Of a stretch of 64,000 nucleotides of DNA, positions 22,683-37,399 are shown in pieces; position 1 is the stretch's first letter; each line of letters begins with the position of its first letter. The position numbers were made by a program, and so were the translations under genes. This stretch comes from Sarea resinae (lineage: Eukaryota), in the NCBI GenBank assembly GCA_026026165.1, contig JAPEUD010000016.1, forward strand, positions 124,001 to 188,000, in the 5' to 3' direction. The notes below the pieces were generated by a model. The model made no database searches, was not told the origin of the DNA, and saw nothing but the letters and a program-made list of their open reading frames with translations.

Positions 22683-25600
22683 TCAAGCGAGTTGGCTCTT
22701 CTTAAGCTCGGGCGACTTCGTGCCATCCTCATACTTTTCCCAGTTGGCCAGCACGGCGCCGATCTTGGGGGAGTTGGTCAGGCGGTAAACATCCTCGAAG
22801 TACTCCTTGGTCAGCTCAAAGGGTTTCGCAGTAACGTTGGGAATGTATTTGCCGACCAGCTTCGAGGGGTCGATGGTGGTCTTGTTGATCTTGCGCAGCA
22901 GGAAACTGCGGAAGGGCTTCACGCCCGATCGCAAGAATGTGGAGTGGAAGGGAACGTCAATGCCCTTGAGCGGGATGGTGGCGAAGCCGCGTTGGAGCTC
23001 AATGGGCTTGGGCTTGGCTTCTGTCTGCTTGGCGCATTCGCGAATGATTTCGACGAGGTGCGCTTTGACGTCTTCGAGGGACATTGATTGCATGAGGGCT
23101 TGGATGTCGATCTTTTGGGCTTTGAGGTAGTTGAGGACATTGGTCATGCAGTCGAGGGCACGGAGCTGAAATATCATATTAGATTTGCTTCTCAGAAGGC
23201 AGATGGACTTGTAACTTACATCACCGGCTGCCACGTACTGCTGGTTAACGACATTGTAGTTGACAATTTCCAGAAGCCATTTCGTCTCCTCGGCAATGTT
23301 CTCCACAACGAATTGAAGCGCTGGCTCGTTAAAGGCTATGACTGTTAGCTTATCCTTTCAAGTGATTTAAAGCTCGACTCACTCTTTGAGATTCTGCTTG
23401 GGTTGACCGCAGCCATGGAGTAGTTTGATCGGCCAGCGGCGTCACGTTCCACAGCGACTTGCATAGTCAGACCACGATAGAACACGACAGAAACCAAACT
23501 CTCAATAGGCATGACCTCGGCGAGCGCCGCAAGAGCAGAATACTCTCCTAGGGAGTGACCAGCGAAGCTGCTGTCCCGCTGGACGAGACCCTTTGAAAGC
23601 ATATCTTCAAATGATGCCTTCTCCATCAATGTCAGGGCCGGCTGGGTGAATTGCGTTGCTGACAGAAGACCAGTGGGTGATCGGTAGGTGTACGATGTGC
23701 TGTTCTCATCGACTTCCTTGAATATTTTCTCAGACTTGATGGAGCCGTCGGAGCTGACCGTCTCAAAGGTCATTGACATGTAGTTTTGGCGGATAGCCTT
23801 GCCACGAGGACCACCAAAGTAGATGGTAAGCTCCTTGGGATTGTTCTTGACGATGTTGGTGATTGAGAAACCATAGTTGTCCATGAAGTGCTTGTCTGCG
23901 CGATCCCAAACTTCCTTGGCGACCGGGCTGCTTTCATATAATTCCATACCCATGCCTTGTTCTTGAGAACCTTGACCGGTGAAAACATATGCGGAGACGG
24001 GCTGTTCGACCTCTGCCTCGCCAAGTATCACCTTCTCTTCTGTTTCCTTATTACTTGCTTCGACCTTGATGATTTTACGGCCAGCAACCATGCCGACATG
24101 CTGTAGCTTGACTTCAATGTCGTCATTCGGTAAGACCATGCCCACTAGCGACACATTGAATCCCCGAACACGGCCGATATTGTTCTCTGCCGCCCAAGTC
24201 TCCACCAAGCTGCGCACTGCAGCGCTGGAGTACATGCCATGGGTAATAGTACCGGGGAGGTTTGCGTACTTGGCGAACACGCGAGACACATGGATCGGGT
24301 TGTAGTCACCGGAGACACGAGCGTATGTGTCGTTGGCGGCCGGAGCTCTGAGAACCAAGGGGGTCTTTCCGTTCAAGGGAATAGCATTCTCGAAGTGGAC
24401 TGGCTGTTCAATTGAAGAACCATATCTCTGGAGGTAGTCGATGACAGGGTTGCCGTGAGAGACGCCAGCTTCATACTGAACCGAGGCGACCTGGATGATT
24501 TCTTTCGTAGGCAACTCGACGAGCACCTGACCGACAGTCTCAACACTTTGGAACACGCTCTTATTCTTGAATCGAACAAGGCTCTGCAACCTGAAGGTAA
24601 GGGTTTGATTGAGCAGCTCAGTGTCAGGCTCATCGAGGCGGAACCATTCCTTTGAGCGGAGAACAGCAACATCCTTGGTTGTTGCCAAGTGAAGCTGCAT
24701 TGGCGTCTCTTCCTTGCGCTGGAATGTATTCTCAAAGTCGGTATATACGCCTCGGTACAAGAATTGGCTTGTGACTTCCATTACCGGCTTTCCTTCTCGG
24801 ATGATTGTGCCACAAACCTCTACCATCTTGCCTGATTCCTGGTTGATCACGGCGTTGACTTGAGCGGTGGTATCAAGTACGTCGCCCTTCTTGAGAGGCT
24901 CGGCGCCAGGGATCATCCTGAAGCCGTTTGAAAGATGGACAAGCTTCAAGAGGTCGCCATCAATAGATCTCGGGAAGATGGGCTTGGTGATAGCTTTCCA
25001 ACCAACAACGATGGCAAAATCCATGGGTGCGAAAACCTCCTTGTCGGGTCTGTCAACGAACGCTTCGCCAGTGTTGCCGACCGCATGAACAAAGTCGGCA
25101 ATTGCTTGGCTCGTGACTGTCGTACGTCCACCTTCGAAAGTGCTAGTGACAGGAGTATCGAAGGGAACCTTTTCGTCGCCAAACCAGACACGGAAGTAGA
25201 ATTCTTTGATACGATCGTTTCGGCCTTCCATGACTTCGTGGATGGGGGCATAGCCAGCCTCCGGGTGATAGGTAAACTTGAGAGGTAGGGCGACAACCTT
25301 GCCTTCAGCGGTACGCTCTTCGAGCATGTTCACAACAATCTCATTCTTGCCCGTCAGGCTCGCCTGGAGTGTCTGAACAAGTTTCCCAGCTTGTGATGGC
25401 TCCTTCACACTGACCACGGTCTTTGATGGCTGGTTGGGATTGCGGATCTCAACCACCATCCCAGTAGCGGGAGAAAAGATACGCTTCATTGGATTGGTTT
25501 GGAATTCTTTGCCTTGGACGAAGATTTCCGCGGTGAAAAGAGCATGACGCCAAGAATAGGACTTGCCGGCGAGAAGCTGCAGCCACGCCTCTGTGTTGGG

Positions 25601-28600
25601 GAGCGTAGCACTCGGAGATGCAGAGAGTCGGTAGGTGACCTTGTCGCTGTCTTCTGAGATAGTCAAACCTTCCACGTCCACATCCTTCTCTGCTGCCAAG
25701 AGCTTGCCACCGAAGTATTCGATCTCGGGAATCTTAGATTCATCACCGCCATAGATATCCTGAGTGAGACTCTTGATATGAAATTGATGAATGCCACCTA
25801 GGATATCACCGACTGGCTCATCGACAACCTTGGAGTATTTAGCAGCCATTGGGCCCTGGAGAATGCAGGTTCTCCCGACATCCTGGTCGACGACAGCTTC
25901 GAGATCTTCAGATTGCCAGAGCGAATCTTTCTTAAAGTAGAATTCGAAGTTTTCATCGAGGGCTGGCACGAACGGGACAGGCTTTTGAATGATACGCTGA
26001 CAGAGCAGGAGGAAATGCTGTACGTCTTGAGCGTTGATGAGTTGTTGCTCGGCCTCGGGGTAAGCTTTAAGGACCTTGTCAACCACTGGGAACGGATCGT
26101 GAAGGTCGGAGTAAGACTGGAGGAGAGAAGCCTTGCCAGGGCTGGAAGTAAAACGTTCTTCCACCCGGCGGATAAAGTCGCCAGTCATACGCTCAAGGGA
26201 CGCATCGATCCATCTTGATTCGTGCTTGACATACATCAACTCAACCAAACGCTTCATCACTTCCGCATAGGTCATGTCTTCGAGGTCAACGGACTCGCCA
26301 GCCGAATTTCGACCAAACCATGGTTTCTGGAAGTCATCGTTCAACTTCTTGATAATGTAGTCGCGGTTTTTCTTAAGTTCAACAAGACGCTTGGCCTTGT
26401 CTAGGCTGAAGATCTTCTGGTCCATTTCGGCCCAGAATTTCACACCACGGGTTGCAAGCTTATGGATAGGCTCGCCCATCTCAGATCGAACAGTGATGAC
26501 GCCACCTGCAGGTCCTTTGTATGTCTTCTCCCACTCGTGGTCATCTAAGCCTTCGGCTTCAGTGATAGCCTTCTTGGCAGTCTTGGAAGTGTGTGCTTCT
26601 TTGGCCGTCATCATACGGCTTCCAAATAGACACCCGTCAAATGGCATGGGAGGATATCCGAATCGGTTGGACCAAGTACCGGTAAGATAGGGGTATGTGT
26701 CTTCGGCACCACCGAAGCCACTACCTGCGACCAGGACTATGTTCTCACATCGACGGATCCGGCCATACATTTGCAGGATTGGCTGATGGAAATCCTCAAA
26801 GGAGTGATGCCCGCCTCCTCGACCGCCAGTCCATTGAAGCATGATAGGGAAGGTGGGGTTGGCTTTGGCAATATTGATGACCTGCTGGATGGCTTCTCCG
26901 GAGCCTGGTTTGAAAGAGATGTGCTTGACACCAAGGGTTTCGATGTATTCGTTAGCGACCTCGATAGAAGGAACACCAGCTCCGATAGTCATGCCTTCAA
27001 TCGGCACACCTTGGGCGCGCAATTGTGCGAGCATAGGAACCTGCCACGCCATGGCGCGAGGATTGACGTAGATCAGATTGACGGCGATACCGCGGCCGGC
27101 AGGGATGGCTTTCGCAATCTTCTTAATGGCGTCGGTCATGAAGTTGGGGGCGAAGTATCCACCTCCAGCGAGCTCGATGTGGTAACCAGCGTTCATCGTA
27201 GCAGCAACAAAGTCCCAGGGAACTGTACATGGCGTCATTCCAGCAACCATAACAGGCGGTAATCCGATCAATCGGCTCATCTTCGTGTCGACAAATGTTT
27301 GCCCGACGGAAGTCTTGACCAACTTAGGGCCATGCTCTTTCACCCAGTCGACAGCATATTGGACAGCGTTCTCGTCGCGATCGAAGAGCTCAGGTTTGTA
27401 GCCTACTTCGGCGTTGGTTCCGTCTATCGCGCCCGCAAGGATCACTCTGACACCGGTGCCCTCTTTGATTCGGTTGGTCAGGACTCCGAGACCAGAGATA
27501 CCTCCGGGGCCGAAATCGAGAATGTGGGTGGCTTGTGGGAAGACGGTTGCCTTGTCCCAATGGACCGGTTCGCGGGTGATCATCCTCACGAGAGCCGGAA
27601 CCGCGTTCTGATCGCCATTGCCTCTGATGTCTTCTCCGGTATTGGTATCATAGACGGGGATCTTCATGTCTTTCACGGGGATGCTGACATCGCTGAGATC
27701 CTCCTGGAGATGCTTATAGGCTTCCTCGAGGTATGGGCTGTGGAAGGGAGCAGTGATGGGAAGGAAGCGGTTAACAAAGCGGACTTTCCGGTCAGTGAAA
27801 GGAATGCGCGTCTGGTCCAGACCTGTGGGGGCTTTGACCTTGCGCAATCTCAAGTTGAGACCGTACAGGGAGATGGGGGGACCAGTCACCACAAAATTCC
27901 GTGTGCTGTTCACCAAAGATATTCCGATCCGACGCTCTTCGGGGAGATGGTGATTCGTTGCGTCGATGTGCTCCTGCACAGCGGACTTGGAAAGATCTCG
28001 GATAGACAGCATGGGCGTCGGAATGCCCTCGCCATTATCCATTGAATCCTGGAGGACTGACGGGGCCAAGGATGTCCGCGGATAAGCTTGCTGACTGCGG
28101 GAACCGATCCAAAAGAGGGTCTTCAAAGCATCTTTGGCGACCTTGTCGAAGGATTCCCAATCACTGGCCGCCGCAATGGCAGCAGCAGTGACGATACCCT
28201 GCGAGTGACCAGTGCTACCGGATAGGCGCTCCCTCACTTCCCCGGGAGTTCTACCAACCACCTTGCATGTGACGGTAAAGTGTGCAAGTTGAACCAAGCC
28301 AATTAATGGCAAACTGACTGGAGCCGAAACGAGATAATCGGTATCCGGTTGGGTATCTCTGTTATGGAGCCATTGCATGGCGTCGAGGCCTTTGGAATAG
28401 AGCTTGGCAACTCGCTCGTCTCGAGCTAGTCCCTTTAGTAGTTCTGCAGACGACGAGATGAACTCCTCCACGAAAGATGGGTATGTGTTGTAGACTTCGC
28501 GGAGCTCATCAAAGTACTCCTCGATGTTTCCCTGGCCTCCGAAGATGGCGTAGACCTTGGCAACGTCCTCCCCGGCCGCACGGAAAAGAGCAGACTCGTG

Positions 28601-29059
28601 GGACTTGAGAGGTCTGTTGGAAGAAGCGCGGGCTGCATAGTACGACTGGACAACGATGAGCTTCTTCGCCGCGATCCCCGGCAACGAAGCCGCAACGGCG
28701 TGGACATCGTTGCCTCGGAGGAAAGCCCGCTCAAAGTCGCCCAAAACATTCTTCAGGACTTCTTCGTAGGAGCCTTGTGTGTCATCCTCGCCATCATCCA
28801 CCGCCTTTGCAACGAAGCCAAGATATCGAGCGACCAGTTCCGTCACTGACGATGGCTCCTCATCCAGAGCAAGCTCGTCCGTTGGCTCGGGGAGAGTCGC
28901 TGTGAATTCATCCTTCAACTGCGATGCGTGGAAGTGAAGAGCGGTAGATATTAAGAAAGAGTAATCGAGGGAGCCATGTGTAAGAGTAAGAGGGCGAAGA
29001 GATGACGAGAATCGAGGAGTCGAGACACCCGTATGGGCGCCGGTACCGTTTCCGTACAT
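22683..29059 (-). CDS. FAS1: Fatty acid synthase beta subunit (AT, ER, DH, MPT); 3 exons
   Basis: Contains FGGQGN, GHSQG (AT), [12 protein letters not shown] (ER), SGDYNPIH (DH), FTGQGSQ/GHSLGEY (MPT) and [12 protein letters not shown]. Introns at 23336-23382 and 23166-23219; a probable 5'UTR intron lies at 29086-29171. Confidence 0.98.
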
Positions 29060-31020
29060 GATGGAATTCGAGCTTTCTCACAGAACTGTCCTCCAGTTAG
29101 CTGTGGACCATCCAGATCCGCACCCGGCCGCGGCAGCTCCAGAGAAGTGAGCAAATATCGCTGCAACGTACCTCTCTTAAGAGAATCCTCGTGCTGATAG
29201 AGCTCCGTGATGGCTGCAAAGACAGCTCTTCAGTTCTCGCTCAAGCTCCCAATGACCGTCGCTCGAGTCGAAAACCAAGAAGAAGCCGAGGAGTGCAGCA
29301 CCCTCGAAGAGGTGAAGAGATTGATGTGGCTGATCGAGGAGGAGAGGATTGATGATGGGGTCTCCTTGAGTGATGAATTGAGACTTGTAGAAGGTGCAGA
29401 ACGGCGATGTTCAAACTTGTCGCTCACTACCACTGTAGGCCTTGACACTACTCGAACTGCTGCTCTTCACCACTCTACGGGGGCCGAACAATAATTTCTC
29501 TTGAGGTTGAGACTACAGTACGCCTTGCTGTGAAGGGTTAGGCCATTCAATGGGCTCTTCGTCTACTCGGAGTGCATGACCACGGAACCGAGCAGCACCG
29601 GGGCTTGCGGCAAGGTAGACCACTGCATCTCACTGCGGGACAGTGACAAGCTGCACTGGTAATGGGGGACGGATCAATGGTCGTTGAATCGTTGGGACGT
29701 TAGACGGAGGATGGTGGGGACCAGGATGTCAGTGGTGGCGCCGTTTCTACCATGTACTCGGGTGGTACCGCTCCAGGTACCGACGTACCCTTCCAGTGAC
29801 TCTCCGAGCCTCCTTTAAGCCGATTGACGATCATCTGAGTACCTCGAGTCCGCATCTCCCTCCGCCCGAGGGTACCTTGATGCTACCTCGACCGTCAGCT
29901 GCCAAGCATAAGGGTCCCTCGCCAGAGCGAGTGTGCGTGCGGTGTCGGTAGCTCAGCAAGGCCTGTACCTTAGCTCCTTGTAGCTCGGAGACTGGCAGCT
30001 TAATCTGAAATCTAAAATGGCCCTGGCCGGCATCTCGAAATGAGATGAAGGCAGCACACGAGCACGAGGCAACGAAGCATGCATTCCTTTTCCATGTTTC
30101 CACCGCAGTGATGACTGATATGAAGGGCGACCATGCCACTCATCCAGCTTGAACGACAGTAATCATGACATGGAGGTCCCCCTCTGTAGATATCTATCCT
30201 TGTCCAAGGATCCATCCCAACGACAGGAGGCGCACATCATCCTGCAGATGTTGACAAGGGATCCGATGAGAATCGATGCAGGTCAAAAGGCAGAGCAGTT
30301 CTCTCTCGGACAACGTACTGGAAGCCGGCCATGCTATTGGGTAGCCGTCGGCTCGTTGAGGGTTAGTCAAATCAACGATTTTTGCTGTGGCCGTCGTCTG
30401 GTGGGGAGCCGAGCAAATGAGAATGGAAAATAGCAGTTGAACCTTGAAGGAAGAGGCATGGCGAGGAACAGGCGAGTCAAGCAGCGACGCGGTACACGAG
30501 TTCCGTGGTGTGAAGTACTGGAACTTTAGAAGAAGGTTCCAAGTGGTCCCTTCTGAGCTGGAAGTGTACACGCAGATACCTACTTAAAAGTACCGGAGAC
30601 CTTTTCCCCGTGCTGCACCGTACACCCACCAGTAGCGGAGACGGTGAGACTCGAAAGCTGTGCCAGCTTCGTACATGTACTACTTCCTACGAGAGCCTTC
30701 AACTTTTCCTCAACCTCCAAGGCTGTCTGTCTACGTGCTGCCGACTGCTCTCTCCATCACCTCTCACTTCATACCTCCATTGGGCAGATCTGGCCTTCCC
30801 TTCCTCCTTCACTATCCCATCATCGTCTTTATTGACGACGCTCTCTCACTCCCGGCGGGTCTTCATTGCCTTCGTCCTTGACCTGGTCTCAACAGAACTC
30901 AGGGCACCTCGGTCGCTGTGCAATCCATGAACGACGCTTCAATACATACCTAATTGATACCCCAGCTCATCTGCCTTTGTCATTTCTTTCGAGCCTCACA
31001 TCATTGCACATCAATCCAAA
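29060..31020. promoter_or_regulatory. Shared bidirectional promoter/5'UTR region of the divergent FAS1-FAS2 pair
   Basis: Head-to-head start codons at 29059(-) and 31021(+). CT-rich tracts precede both starts and no credible ORF lies between them. Confidence 0.7.
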
Positions 31021-34000
31021 ATGAGGCCCGAACTTGAGCAGGAGCTCGCTCACACGCTCCTAGTGGAGCTTCTCGCATATCAGTTTGCTTCGCCCGTGAG
31101 ATGGATCGAGACACAGGATGTTATCCTCGGGGAGAAGACCACGGAGCGAATCGTCGAAATTGGCCCGGCAGACACACTCGGGACGATGGCGCGGCGAACA
31201 CTTGCCGCCAAGTATGAAGCTTACGATGCCGCTCGGTCGGTTCAGCGACAAATCCTCTGCTACAACAAAGACGCCAAGGAAATCTACTACGACGTCGATC
31301 CTGTTGAGGAGGAGCCAGAGCCAGCAGCCGCGGGGAGTTCGAGTGGTGCTCCAGCTTCGTCGGCTCCAGCCGCTGCAGCTGCTCCGGCCGCCGTTGCGGC
31401 ACCTGCCCCGAGTGCTGGGCCAGTGGCACAAGTCGCAGACGTTCCCATTGGGGCTGTTGATATTCTCCGATCTCTTATTGCTCAGAAGCTCAAGAAGCCA
31501 TTCCTGGAGATTCCGCTGAGCAAGGCCATCAAAGATCTTGTCGGAGGTATGTAGTCAACGTAGTGTTTGGGTTTTACTCCATTGACAAGTGTAAACAGGT
31601 AAATCAACTCTGCAGAATGAGATTCTCGGCGATCTTGGCAAGGAATTCGGCTCGACGCCCGAGAAACCAGAAGACACGCCCTTGGACGAGCTAGGCGCTT
31701 CCATGCAGGCCACATTCAACGGACAGCTAGGCAAGCAATCCTCGTCGCTTGTCGCCCGAATGGTCTCGTCGAAGATGCCTGGTGGCTTCAACATTACGGC
31801 AGTACGGAAATACTTGGAGAGTCGATGGGGTTTGGGCGCCGGCAGACAGGACGGTGCTCTTATTTTGGCCATAACGATGGAGCCCACCGCTCGTCTGGGT
31901 TCTGAAAACGACGCAAAGGCATATTTCGATGACGTCGCCAACAAGTATGCCGCGAATGCGGGGATCAGCCTGGCAGCTCCGACCGCTGCAGCCGACGGTG
32001 GGGCTGCCGGTGGAGGCATGATGATGGACCCTGCCGCCCTCGACGCCTTGACCAAGGACCAACGAGCTCTCTTCAAGCAGCAGCTTGAGCTCTTCGCCAG
32101 ATATCTCAAAATCGATCTTCGTGCTGGCGACAAGGCCTTTGTTGGCGCGAAACAGACCGAGAGCGCATTGCAAGCCCAGTTGGACCTCTGGAATACGGAA
32201 CATGGCGAGTTCTACGCCGCTGGTATCGAGCCAGCTTTCAGCCCATTGAAGGCCCGTGTGTACGACTCGTCCTGGAATTGGGCTCGTCAGGATGCCCTCA
32301 ATATGTACTACGACATCATCTTCGGTCGCTTACAGGTCATTGACCGCGAGATTGTCAGCCAGTGCATTCGGATCATGAATCGTTCCAACCCACTTCTTCT
32401 CGATTTCATGCAATACCACATTGACAACTGCCCCACCGAGAGAGGGGAGACGTATCAGCTTGCTCAGGAATTAGGAAAGCAGCTTATCGAAAACTGCAAG
32501 GAAGTCCTTGGAGAGGCTCCGGTTTACAAAGATGTCAATATTCCCACCGCTCCTCAATCTACTATCGATGCCCGAGGCAACCTCGATTATGCCGAAGTGC
32601 CACGCGCTAGCGTTCGAAAGCTCGAGCACTATGTTCGCGAGATGGCCGAAGGTGGAAAGATTTCCGAATACGGCAATCGGACAAAGGTTCAGAACGATCT
32701 CAGTCGGATCTACAAGCTCATCAAGCAGCAGCACAAGCTTTCCAAGTCATCTCAGCTCCAGATCAAGTCTCTCTATGCCAACGTTGTCCGCTCGTTGGCA
32801 ATGAATGAGGGTCAAATCATGCCCCTGGAGAACGGTAAAGCCACCAATGGCAAAGCGCTGAACGGTAGTGCCAAGAAGGGTACACGGACCGGCTCTCCTC
32901 GGTCTCGTAACGGCAAGCCAGGCAAGGTCGAAACTATTCCGTTCCTCCACCTTAAGAGAAAGGAGGAGCATGGATGGGAGTACAGCAAAAAACTCACTGG
33001 CCTCTATCTGGATGGCCTAGAGAAAGCGGCCCAGTCTGGCGTCACATTCCAAGGCAAGAATGCGCTCATGACGGGCGCTGGAGCTGGATCCATTGGCGCT
33101 GAGGTTTTGCAAGGCTTGATCAGTGGTGGTGCAAAGGTCGTGGTGACCACCAGCCGATTCTCACGGAAAGTGACGGAATACTACCAGGCGATGTATGCCC
33201 GGTACGGAGCTCGTGGTTCTCAGCTTGTCGTCGTCCCCTTTAATCAAGGCAGCAAGCAAGACGTAGAGGCACTGATCGAGTACATCTACGACCCCAAGAA
33301 GGGTCTAGGGTGGGATCTTGATTACGTTATTCCTTTCGCTGCCATACCAGAAAATGGTCGCGAAATCGACGGCATTGATTCTCGATCTGAGCTCGCTCAC
33401 CGAATCATGTTGACCAATCTTTTGAGATTGCTCGGCAGCATCAAGGCTCAAAAATCAGAACGGGGATTTGAAACTCGCCCTGCCCAGGTCATCCTGCCGC
33501 TCTCGCCCAACCACGGTACTTTCGGTAACGATGGCTTGTACTCGGAGTCAAAGCTTGCTCTGGAGACGCTATTCAATAGGTGGCACTCGGAGAGTTGGGG
33601 TAACTTCCTTACCATTTGCGGAGCCGTCATCGGCTGGACTCGCGGAACGGGCTTGATGAGCGGAAATAACATTGTCGCCGAAGGTGTTGAGAAATATGGT
33701 GTCCGCACTTTCTCTCAGCAGGAAATGGCCTTTAACCTCCTTGGCCTGATGTCCCCATCGATCGTCAACCTTTGCCAGGTAGAGCCTGTCTTTGCTGATC
33801 TCAATGGCGGTTTGCAATTCATCCCTAACCTCAAGGACCTCATGACCGACCTTCGGAAGGACATCATGGAGACCAGCGAAGTCCGCAAAGCCGTGACAAA
33901 GGAGACTGCAATCGAGAACAAGATCGTCAACGGCGAAGACTCCGAAGCTCTTTACAAAAAGGTCACCGTTGAGCCGAGAGCGAACTTGAAATTCGAATTC

Positions 34001-36742
34001 CCGAACGTGCCCGACTGGAAGGAAGATATCGAGCCATTGAATGCCAACCTCAAAGGGATGGTTGATCTCGAAAAGGTCGTTGTCGTCACCGGTTTCTCAG
34101 AAGTCGGCCCTTGGGGTAACTCGCGGACTCGATGGGAGATGGAAGCCTACGGCAAGTTCTCATTAGAGGGCTGTGTGGAAATGGCCTGGATCATGGGTCT
34201 CATTAGGCATCACAACGGTCCCATCAAGGGCAAGGCATACGCCGGTTGGGTCGACGCCAAGTCTGGTGAGCCGGTCGATGACAAGGACATCAAGCCCAAA
34301 TATGAGCAACATATCCTGGACCACTCTGGTATCCGAATCGTCGAACCCGAACTCTTCAAGGGCTATGACCCGAACAAGAAGCAGATGCTTCAGGAAATCG
34401 TGATCGAGGAGGACCTTGAGCCGTTCGAGTCTTCCAAAGAGACTGCGGAAGAGTTCAAGCGCGAACATGGCGACAAGGTCGAGATTTTCGAGATTCCCGA
34501 CTCTGGCGAATTCACCGTCCGATTGCGGAAGGGTGCTACCTTGTTGATACCCAAGGCTTTGCGATTCGACCGTTTCGTAGCTGGTCAAATTCCATCCGGC
34601 TGGGACGCTCGCAAGTATGGCATCCCCGAAGACATCATCTCTCAGGTCGACCCCGTCACGTTGTTCGTTTTGGTCTGTACTGCAGAGACTCTTCTCGCCT
34701 CTGGTATCACCGATCCTTATGAGTTCTACAAATACGTCCACCTTTCCCAGGTCGGAAACTGCATCGGTTCAGGTATCGGTGGTACTTCCGCTTTGAGAGG
34801 CATGTACAAGGATCGATACCTTGACAAGCCACTGCAAAAGGACATTCTCCAGGAATCTTTCATCAACACCATGAGCGCCTGGGTTAACATGTTGCTCATG
34901 TCTTCCACCGGACCTATCAAGACTCCCGTCGGTGCTTGTGCCACTGCCGTCGAGTCCATTGACATTGGTTACGAGACCATTGTCGAGGGCAAGGCCAGAG
35001 TTTGCTTTGTTGGTGGTTTCGACGACTTCCAGGAGGAAGGATCCTACGAGTTCGCCAACATGAAAGCTACCAGCAATGCCGAGGATGAAGTCGCTCACGG
35101 TAGAACGCCAAAGGAGATGTCTCGACCGACTACCACAACCAGAAATGGGTTTATGGAGTCTCAAGGTTGTGGTATGCAAGTGATCATGGATGCTAAACTT
35201 GCCTTGGACATGGGTGTGCCGATCTACGGTGTCATCGCCCTGACCGCGACTGCGACGGACAAGATTGGCCGATCTGTTCCAGCACCTGGACAGGGTGTTC
35301 TTACCACCGCTCGCGAGACCCCATCCAAATTCCCGTCTCCTCTGCTCGACATCAAGTACCGAAAGAGACAACTCGAACTCCGCCGACAGCAGATCAAGCA
35401 ATGGCAAGAGTCAGAACTCTTGTATCTGCAAGAAGAGCTTGCTGCCATGAAGGCTCAAGGAGGAGAATTCAACGAGTCTGAATACATGCAGGAGCGTGCC
35501 GAGCACATTGAACGAGAGGCAGTCCGCCAGGAGAAGGAGGCGACCAACAGCCTGGGCAATTCATTCTGGAAGCAAGATTCTCGCATTGCTCCTCTGCGCG
35601 GCTCATTGGCCACGTGGGGTTTGACTATCGATGACCTCGGGGTGGCATCTTTCCACGGTACCTCCACCGTTGCCAACGACAAGAACGAGTCAGACGTCAT
35701 CTGCCAGCAAATGAAGCATCTTGGCCGAAAGAAGGGTAATGCTGTCCTCGGAATATTCCAAAAGTACTTGACCGGCCATCCCAAGGGTGCGGCTGGTGCG
35801 TGGATGTTCAACGGTTGCTTGCAGGTCATGAATTCCGGTCTCGTCCCCGGTAACCGTAATGCGGATAACGTCGACAAGGTCATGGAGAAATTCGACTACA
35901 TTGTCTACCCAAGTCGTACGATCCAAACGGACGGCATCAAGGCTTTCTCGGTCACCTCTTTCGGTTTCGGCCAGAAGGGTGCTCAAGCTATTGGTATCCA
36001 CCCCAAGTATCTCTTCGCCACTCTTGATCAAGAGCAATTCAAGGCCTACAAGACCAAAGTCGAGGCTCGGCAGAAGAAGGCCTACCGTTATTTCCACAAC
36101 GGTCTCATCTCAAACACTCTCTTCGTCGCCAAGACCCACTCCCCGTACACCGACGCGCAGCAGAGCGAGGTCTTCCTCAACCCCGAAGCCCGCGTTTCCA
36201 CCGACAAGAAGACTTCCAACCTTACGTACCCTGCCGTTCCTGTCAAGAAGCTCGCAGATCCCTCCAGGACAGAGGGTACGCGCCAGATGCTCGAGTCACT
36301 TGCCAAGGCCACCGCCGCAGAGAATTCGAAGATTGGCGTCGACGTCGAGGCTCTCGACGCCATCAATGTCGAAAATGACACCTTTATCGACCGCAACTTC
36401 ACTCAGAAGGAACAGGAATACTGCCGCAAGGCGGCCAACCCCCAGGCCAGCTTCGCAGGGAAATGGTCTGCCAAGGAGGCTGTCTTCAAGGCCCTCGGGG
36501 TGGAGAGTAAAGGTGCTGGAGCCCCACTGAAGGATATCGAGATCACAAACAACGAAAAGGGCGCTCCTACCGTTGCCGTAAGTTGTTCTGCTTTACCTTT
36601 CCGGTGTGGTGTTTGACTAACTTTCTTGCAGCTACATGGTGATGCTCAAGCAGCAGCCAAAAAAGCCGGTGTCAAGTCAGTCGACGTGAGCATCAGCCAT
36701 AGCGACGCTCAAGCAATCGCCGTTGCCGTATCGAAGTTTTAG
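31021..36742 (+). CDS. FAS2: Fatty acid synthase alpha subunit (ACP, KR, KS, PPT); 3 exons
   Basis: Starts [40 protein letters not shown] spans intron 31547-31598. [26 protein letters not shown] and PPT GVDVE...WSAKEAVFK follow. The last intron 36578-36631 leads to LHGDA...SISHS...SKF*. Confidence 0.98.
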
Positions 36743-37399
36743 AAGGACAACCAGAAGACGACGCAGCTCTTAGTGATTGTCCATCTTCTCTAGATATACG
36801 TAACGGCTTCTCCTTTCCGAATGTACTTTAGCAGACAAATTTCCCTGTAGTTTCTTTTGACCAAGGCGGCGATTTTTTTCTTTTGGGCGCTTTTCCTTTT
36901 CGTATTCGTTGCCCACCATGCTATGCTATGAGCAATCAGCTAGCGGTAAGAGCGGTGCTGTGCTCTGATACAAGATCGGATATCTAGAATGGAATAATAA
37001 ACCAATCAATGGCATATTCACGAGGCACGGAACCATGTAGTTGAAGTCTACTGCCTGCGCACTGCACTGCCATTGTGTTATCCTCTACACCGTTTGGAGC
37101 ATATTCGTTCTGGCGGCCTACTCGGGGCCTCTGCCTTTTTTTCTTTTTTTCTTTCTTTCTTTCTTTCTTTCTCCCTCGAGTGTCCCACTCCTCACACAAC
37201 GGAACCGAAAGCAAGATCGCGTGCAGTACAGCTGGCTGCCTGGCCGTGTTCTGTTATATTATATCATATTCTATCATGTCATATTCCTCAGCCAGCCAGC
37301 CAGCCAGTCAGCCGACCGCTTCTTTCGGGGGGCAAGGAGTGGAGGGGAAGGAGATATGGGAAGGGGGAATAAGCTCGGCCTGATATTTGTTCACGACTG

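Noticed and set aside
29286..30912. Three CCGAGG/CCTCGG (FarA/FarB-type) sites in the FAS intergenic region
   Set aside because: About one is expected by chance in 2 kb on both strands, so three hexamers are not convincing without conservation data.
22683..36742. FAS pair as a secondary-metabolite (hexanoate synthase-type) cluster
   Set aside because: The proteins look like the conserved primary FAS, the neighbours are housekeeping genes, and there is no PKS/NRPS or tailoring cluster in the window.
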